Below are positions 59,221 to 64,000 of a stretch of 64,000 nt of DNA, piece by piece (the first letter of the stretch is position 1; every line of letters starts with the position of its first letter). The position numbers and the translations under genes were made by a program. Source of the DNA: Massalongia carnosa (taxonomy: Eukaryota); assembly GCA_965645245.1 (NCBI GenBank), contig OZ287074.1, positions 496,001 through 560,000 on the forward strand, written 5' to 3'. The notes beneath the pieces were generated by a model that did not search any database, had not been told where the DNA came from, and worked only from the letters and a program-made list of their open reading frames with translations.

Positions 59221-61035
59221 TCAAGTCACGCGATTTAGCACCGCCACGCCTTCAACGTGTCCCGTTTGCGGGAAAAAATCAAAGCCGCGTAGACTTTCGA
59301 TCGAGTACCTGCATGTTCCTCGCTTTCCCCCCTCGGACCCCCCGACTCCTTCGATGCCCTCCACCAACACACCGACATCCCTCGCTTGCGTGTGCACGTT
59401 GCAACTCACATACACCACTCTCCGCGGCCCATACCGCAGGAGCTGTCGCAGGAACGGCTCGTCGCAGCCTTTCCTCGGCGGATCGATGACCACGACGGTC
59501 TCGTCGGGTGGGAACCTCACTTTCCCAAACAAGGCGGCCGCGTCGGCGGTCATGAAGGATGCGTTCAGCACGCCGTTTTGTAGAGCGTTTTGTTTTGCAA
59601 AGGCGATCGAGGACGCGGAGATGTCGATGCCGAGGGAGGAGACGAAGAGAGAGGAGAGCGTTATGGTAAAGAGGCCGGAGCCGCAGTAGGCGTCGATGAG
59701 ATGTTGGATCTTGGGTTTTGGGGAGGAGGCGCTAGGGAAGGAGGAGGGGGCAGGGAGGATTTGAGAGCGGATGTAGGCGGTGAAAGGAGGGAGGATGGAA
59801 TTATTGTTTTGAAAGAAGGCTCCCGCTGGGTTCGAGAATTGGAAGTCAGATATGTATTCTGTCGTTGTGGCGTTCTGGTCCGTGACGCAGATTTTTTCTT
59901 CGGTGTAAAGGGGTTCGACGGTTGAGATGGATTCTGGCAATGCTTCAGGCTTAGATAGGGATTCCTTTATTGGAGCACTTCCGCTGGGTGATTTAGTCTC
60001 TTCTGCGACTTCTGCTCTAGAGGATACATCGAGTATTTGAGCAGGGCTTTGCTTTGGCGTTCGTATCGTGCTCTCCCTTAACAGTAGCGTTACTCCTTTC
60101 CGGAAACTGGCGATTTCTTCCGTCACCCGTTTTCTCTCACTTGCCATACCCAACCTAATAGCATCAGTACCGATCGGACAATCCTCTATGTCGATCGTCT
60201 TCCGTGTTCCTTTCAACATGAAGCCAATAGGCGGCACTTCCGCGAATACTTTCCTCGCTGCTCCAGGGAGTCTCGATCTTTTGCTCATGCTGCCGGGTGG
60301 CCCGTCAAAATGAGGGGTCAGTTTTGTACGATAGCCATACTGCAGCGGAGACTCGATAGTATCGCCGACGATAGGTATGACATCAGGGGTCAAGGTGGAG
60401 AAATTTCGATACGCTCGCTCGATGACTGATCGTTTGTGGGCCAGCTGATCCTCGTATGGCAACATTTGAAACTGGCATCCGGAGCACTTTGAGAAATAAG
60501 GACACTGCACGAGGCTATCATTACGCTTCGGAGCAGGTACAGCCACCTTGATGAAATCCGTCAATGTATATTGATCTTGAGCGAAGTAATTGATAACTTT
60601 AGCCTTGACGATATCGCCAGGAAGAGTAAAAGGTACAACGTAAACATGATCCGACCCAGAAGAAACACCAAGACCATCGCCGGCAGCAGATAGCTCTGAT
60701 ATTTTCACTTCAACTTCCGTGAAGCGGTCTGGTGGTACGTAAGGAGAAAGAAGAGGCTTGGGTATAAGTTTTCCATCACCATTTTCAACTGATGGCTCAT
60801 GGAGGGTTTGAACGGCTAGGAGTCTCCGAACATCTTCAAGAAGCACCCCCTCGCTCGTACTGCCATCTTTCTTGGCCTGTGATTTTGTTTTTTGCCTTTT
60901 GCTTGAGTGACCTCGACGGGATTTTGGGCTTGTCATGGCTTTCCAATTATGCGGTTGATAGTTTTCCGCTCTATAGGTCTTAAGTAATCCATTGAGGACA
61001 CTCCGTGACTGGTAGGCCCTACGCAGACCCAACAT
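59221..61035 (-). CDS. TRM2: tRNA (uracil-5-)-methyltransferase
   Basis: TRAM domain, CPYFSKCSGCQFQ, FFQNN, DAYCGSGLF, DPPRKG, YVSCN and DFFPQTGHVE. Confidence 0.93.
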   Translation of the reverse strand: MLGLRRAYQSRSVLNGLLKTYRAENYQPHNWKAMTSPKSRRGHSSKRQKTKSQAKKDGSTSEGVLLEDVRRLLAVQTLHEPSVENGDGKLIPKPLLSPYVPPDRFTEVEVKISELSAAGDGLGVSSGSDHVYVVPFTLPGDIVKAKVINYFAQDQYTLTDFIKVAVPAPKRNDSLVQCPYFSKCSGCQFQMLPYEDQLAHKRSVIERAYRNFSTLTPDVIPIVGDTIESPLQYGYRTKLTPHFDGPPGSMSKRSRLPGAARKVFAEVPPIGFMLKGTRKTIDIEDCPIGTDAIRLGMASERKRVTEEIASFRKGVTLLLRESTIRTPKQSPAQILDVSSRAEVAEETKSPSGSAPIKESLSKPEALPESISTVEPLYTEEKICVTDQNATTTEYISDFQFSNPAGAFFQNNNSILPPFTAYIRSQILPAPSSFPSASSPKPKIQHLIDAYCGSGLFTITLSSLFVSSLGIDISASSIAFAKQNALQNGVLNASFMTADAAALFGKVRFPPDETVVVIDPPRKGCDEPFLRQLLRYGPRRVVYVSCNVHTQARDVGVLVEGIEGVGGSEGGKRGTCRYSIESLRGFDFFPQTGHVEGVAVLNRVT

Positions 61036-61291
61036 ATATCAATACATCATTTGATCCTGTATGTGGATTAGTTGACATTGACGATGGCGAAAGGAGAGTG
61101 AAATTCCAACTCATGGCAGTCACGGGTTAATCGAGCCACGTGACCTTGTACGGGCACGCTAACTTTTATTTAGCAATTCATTTATTCATATATTGCTCAG
61201 AAGAGTATGTCACCTCTTCTGATCTCGACTGATTTGTCCTATCGGGCAGAAAGATAGCGGCGGTGGAGTGGTCCATATATTATTAAAAGTC

Positions 61292-62543
61292 ATGAACGTT
61301 TCCCGCCCATTCCGCTGCCTATTCGCGAAATCAGCCACAGCGTCTTCATCATGCCTGCGCCGAAGCTTTCACTCTTCCAGCTCTCTACAGGACCGCCCGA
61401 AGCCCAAACACCGAAGTATCAAAGCCTCAAAGCTGACAGCAGCAAAGAAGATTACCGCCAAAGACTTCTCGCCCTATTCAGATGCTGAAAAGGCTGCATT
61501 GGCTAATCAATACACGCCCGACCAATGGGCTGCTATCGAAGCTGGAGAAGCAGCAATAGATCCTGCTGATCTAGCCCAACAGGCCGCGATCCGCGAGGAC
61601 TCTATGGCCCTAGAATACATCGACGATCTAGCTTATATCCATCCTGTCGTCGACAAACCCGTACGAGCACCCGAAAGTAACTTTGATCCTAATCTGCGGC
61701 TCAAAGAAGGGGACGAGTTAGTCGACGATCTTGCCCATTGGGTGCAGAACCTACCCCCAGATGCTGACAGGCTGGATTGGATAAAGTTCCGTGACAATGT
61801 ACGCTTGACCGTGGGGAAAGAAGAGGCTGAACGCAACCCGCGATCCTCCCTTGCTCCCGAACTTCCCGAAATCCCTGGCTATAGAGAACGATTTGGCGTT
61901 AAAGATGGAGTCGAAGATATCGACCCTGCTATGCGCAGGCTCATGCGTCAGACAGGGTATTCAGTAAGAACGATTCGGAAGTTTCGATTCAAACAGTTAG
62001 TCACTCGGAAGGTGGTGAACCAAACGAGGCTAGGCAAGGTGGTTAGCATGTATTATCTAACTGTCGCCGGAAATGGAAAGGGAATGATTGGAATTGGAGA
62101 GGGGAAATCCACCGAGGTAGAGACGGGCAAGATGCAGGCCCAGCTAGCCGCAATAAGGAATTTAACACCCATACCCAGATATGAGGATCGGACCATCTAC
62201 GGAGACGTCACAGCGAAAGTCGGTGCTACGGAGTTGGTTCTTATGAATAGAGCACCTGGTATATTGCTAATCCCTTTCCTATCCCAAAGACATCACCCGG
62301 GAGACATCAGGCTGACCAATCTAAGGGTTCGGCTTACGATGTCAATCACTCATATTCGAGATGTGCAGATGTGCCGGTATAGCGGATATAGCGGCTCGAG
62401 TTACACGGTCAAGGAATCCAATGAACACTGTTAAGGCAACAATGCAGGCGCTTTTGAGCCAGGAGCTGCCGGAGGACCTAGCAAGGGCACGGGGAAGGAA
62501 GCTTGTCGATGTACGAAAGGTGTATTATAACGGAAATGTGTAG
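61292..62543 (+). CDS. MRPS5: Mitochondrial ribosomal protein uS5m
   Basis: VVNQTRLGK, VAGNGKGMIGIGEGKS, IPRYEDRTIYGD and SRNPMNTVKA. Intron at ~62259-62325. Confidence 0.93.
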
Positions 62544-62761
62544 CATTGAAGCGGTGCGATTTGTAAATACAGCGTTGGCCTCGTTCCTCTACCGTAAAAC
62601 CTTGAATCGAATTAAGCGATTTGGAACGAGACATCTCCCTGGGGCTCATAAGATCTTCAGCACCACATCCTCATCGAACGATTATCACATTATGCTTATT
62701 TCGTTATCGTAAACATCCACAAGTACTTGACCCCTTCCATCTCTGCCCCCCCTCCCAAAAA

Positions 62762-63084
62762 TCACCCCTCTTCCTCCCCCCCATAAATCTGCTGCTGCAG
62801 CACAATGCTATATACGCTCGCCTTCAGCAGCGTAAACACCAAACTCGTCTTCCGCTCCAGCATCCGCAATCCATCCAGTACCTCCGCCGTTGGGCGGTCA
62901 GCGAGCGCGTCCAGCTGTGCTGCGAGCTGTCCACAACGCCAGTGATTGAGTGTACGAAGGTAGCTTGAATGAAGGAGTTAAAGAAATTTACCTTGTTGAG
63001 ATTTGAGAGTAGAAGAGTGTATTCGTTGAGGACTTCTTGCTCCAGCGGGCTGCAGGCAGGGGTGGAGGAATGTGGTTCTGCCAT
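62762..63084 (-). CDS. DAD3: DASH/Dam1 complex subunit Dad3, 2 exons
   Basis: SPLEQEVLNEY...NLNK / ...VLDGLRMLERKTSLVFTLLKASVYSIVLQQ. Confidence 0.92.
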
Positions 63085-63403
63085 TGGGATAGATTTAGGC
63101 GGACTGCTGGGTGCAGGATTTTAGTTGTGGGGTGTGGTATAGACGATGTTGGGGCATTTTGCAAGAGATCGAAAGTCTTGTTATGGATGGATGAAGCGCG
63201 TTTGTACTTATTATAGGACTTTAAGTAGGGTGCTGCTAAATCTTGGAAGCCAGGTTCAAATGCAGATGTTCAGCCTTACCCGCATTCTTTCCCGGCGCAG
63301 GAGCTCCCGCAAAACCCTGCATATTTAGCTTGTACGATGGAAGGCTTGCCTGATTGGCCTCAGATCTGCCTAGAAAACTTCAGGCAATCTCAAGATATCG
63401 ATC

Positions 63404-64000
63404 ATGAAGTCAAACCCTAAAACCATTATTTTCTTCCATCCCGACCTCGGGATTGGTGGCGCGGAAAGGCTGGTCATTGATGCGGCTGTAGGCTTGCAGA
63501 ATCTCGAGCATCGAATCACCATCTTCACTTCTCATTGCGATCCCAGCCATTGCTTCGATGAAGCTCGAGATGGTTGGTAGCTCCATATGCTCCCCCAGAT
63601 ATTCAACCAAACTTTCCAATCTTCTCTGTTTATAATGGAAACTTGTATATATTAGGTACCCTAAACGTTCGAGTGCGAGGGAACTGGCTCTTCCCCGCCA
63701 CCATTCTTGGCCGCTTCAAGATCCTCTTCACCATCCTCCGCCACATCCATCTCCTCACTGCAATCACCTGGAGCGGCGAACTGGCTTCTCTCGCCCCCAC
63801 GGCGTTTTTTGTGGATCAGTTAGCTGCGGGGATACCGCTGATGAGATGGTGGTGGCCGAACACGAGAATCCTCTTCTACTGCCACTTCCCGGACCTGTTG
63901 CTCGTGAGCGGGAGGAAGTGGTGGTGGAAACGGGTGTGGAGGGTCGGGTTTGACTGGTTGGAAGGGTGGGGGATGCGGGGGGCGGATAGGGTGGTTGTGA
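63404..64000 (+). CDS. ALG2: Alpha-1,3/1,6-mannosyltransferase Alg2, 5' part (runs off the window)
   Basis: FFHPDLGIGGAERLVIDAAVGLQ, HCFDEARDG and ILFYCHFPDLLL. Intron at ~63573-63655. Confidence 0.93.

Overview
This is intron-containing genomic DNA from a filamentous ascomycete (Pezizomycotina-type gene content). The first ~10 kb is a nested transposon stack. A probable LTR is split by an IS630/Tc1/mariner element (DD38E spacing, non-TA target duplication, 1059-10118). That element carries an LTR-less Ty3/Gypsy gag-protease fragment and a complete 6.0 kb AcademH-like DNA transposon (95-bp TIRs, 8-bp TSD, convergent RecQ-type helicase and Academ-type transposase). The rest is mostly conserved housekeeping genes: RTP1, SmF, DUF866, a PPR-like protein, UNC-45/She4, TFB4, taspase, ARP3, an nrc-2/FPK1-type kinase, TRM2, MRPS5, DAD3 and ALG2. 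An accessory block at ~24.8-41.3 kb holds a secreted Cys-rich protein, a peroxisome-signal enoyl-CoA hydratase and acyl-CoA ligase pair, an intact Tc1 (DD34E), an MFS transporter, a 19-bp tandem array and a degenerate orphan gene. A NACHT-ankyrin NLR-like pseudogene lies at ~45-48 kb. The most striking unannotated feature is an 828-bp non-coding insertion (37099-37926) with a 13-bp TSD and an A-rich tail. Its first nucleotide begins a sequence that folds as an HDV-like self-cleaving ribozyme, followed by a 59-bp hairpin tandem array, so it is a candidate ribozyme-headed non-autonomous retroposon. All calls were made by eye; no searches were run and exon boundaries are approximate.
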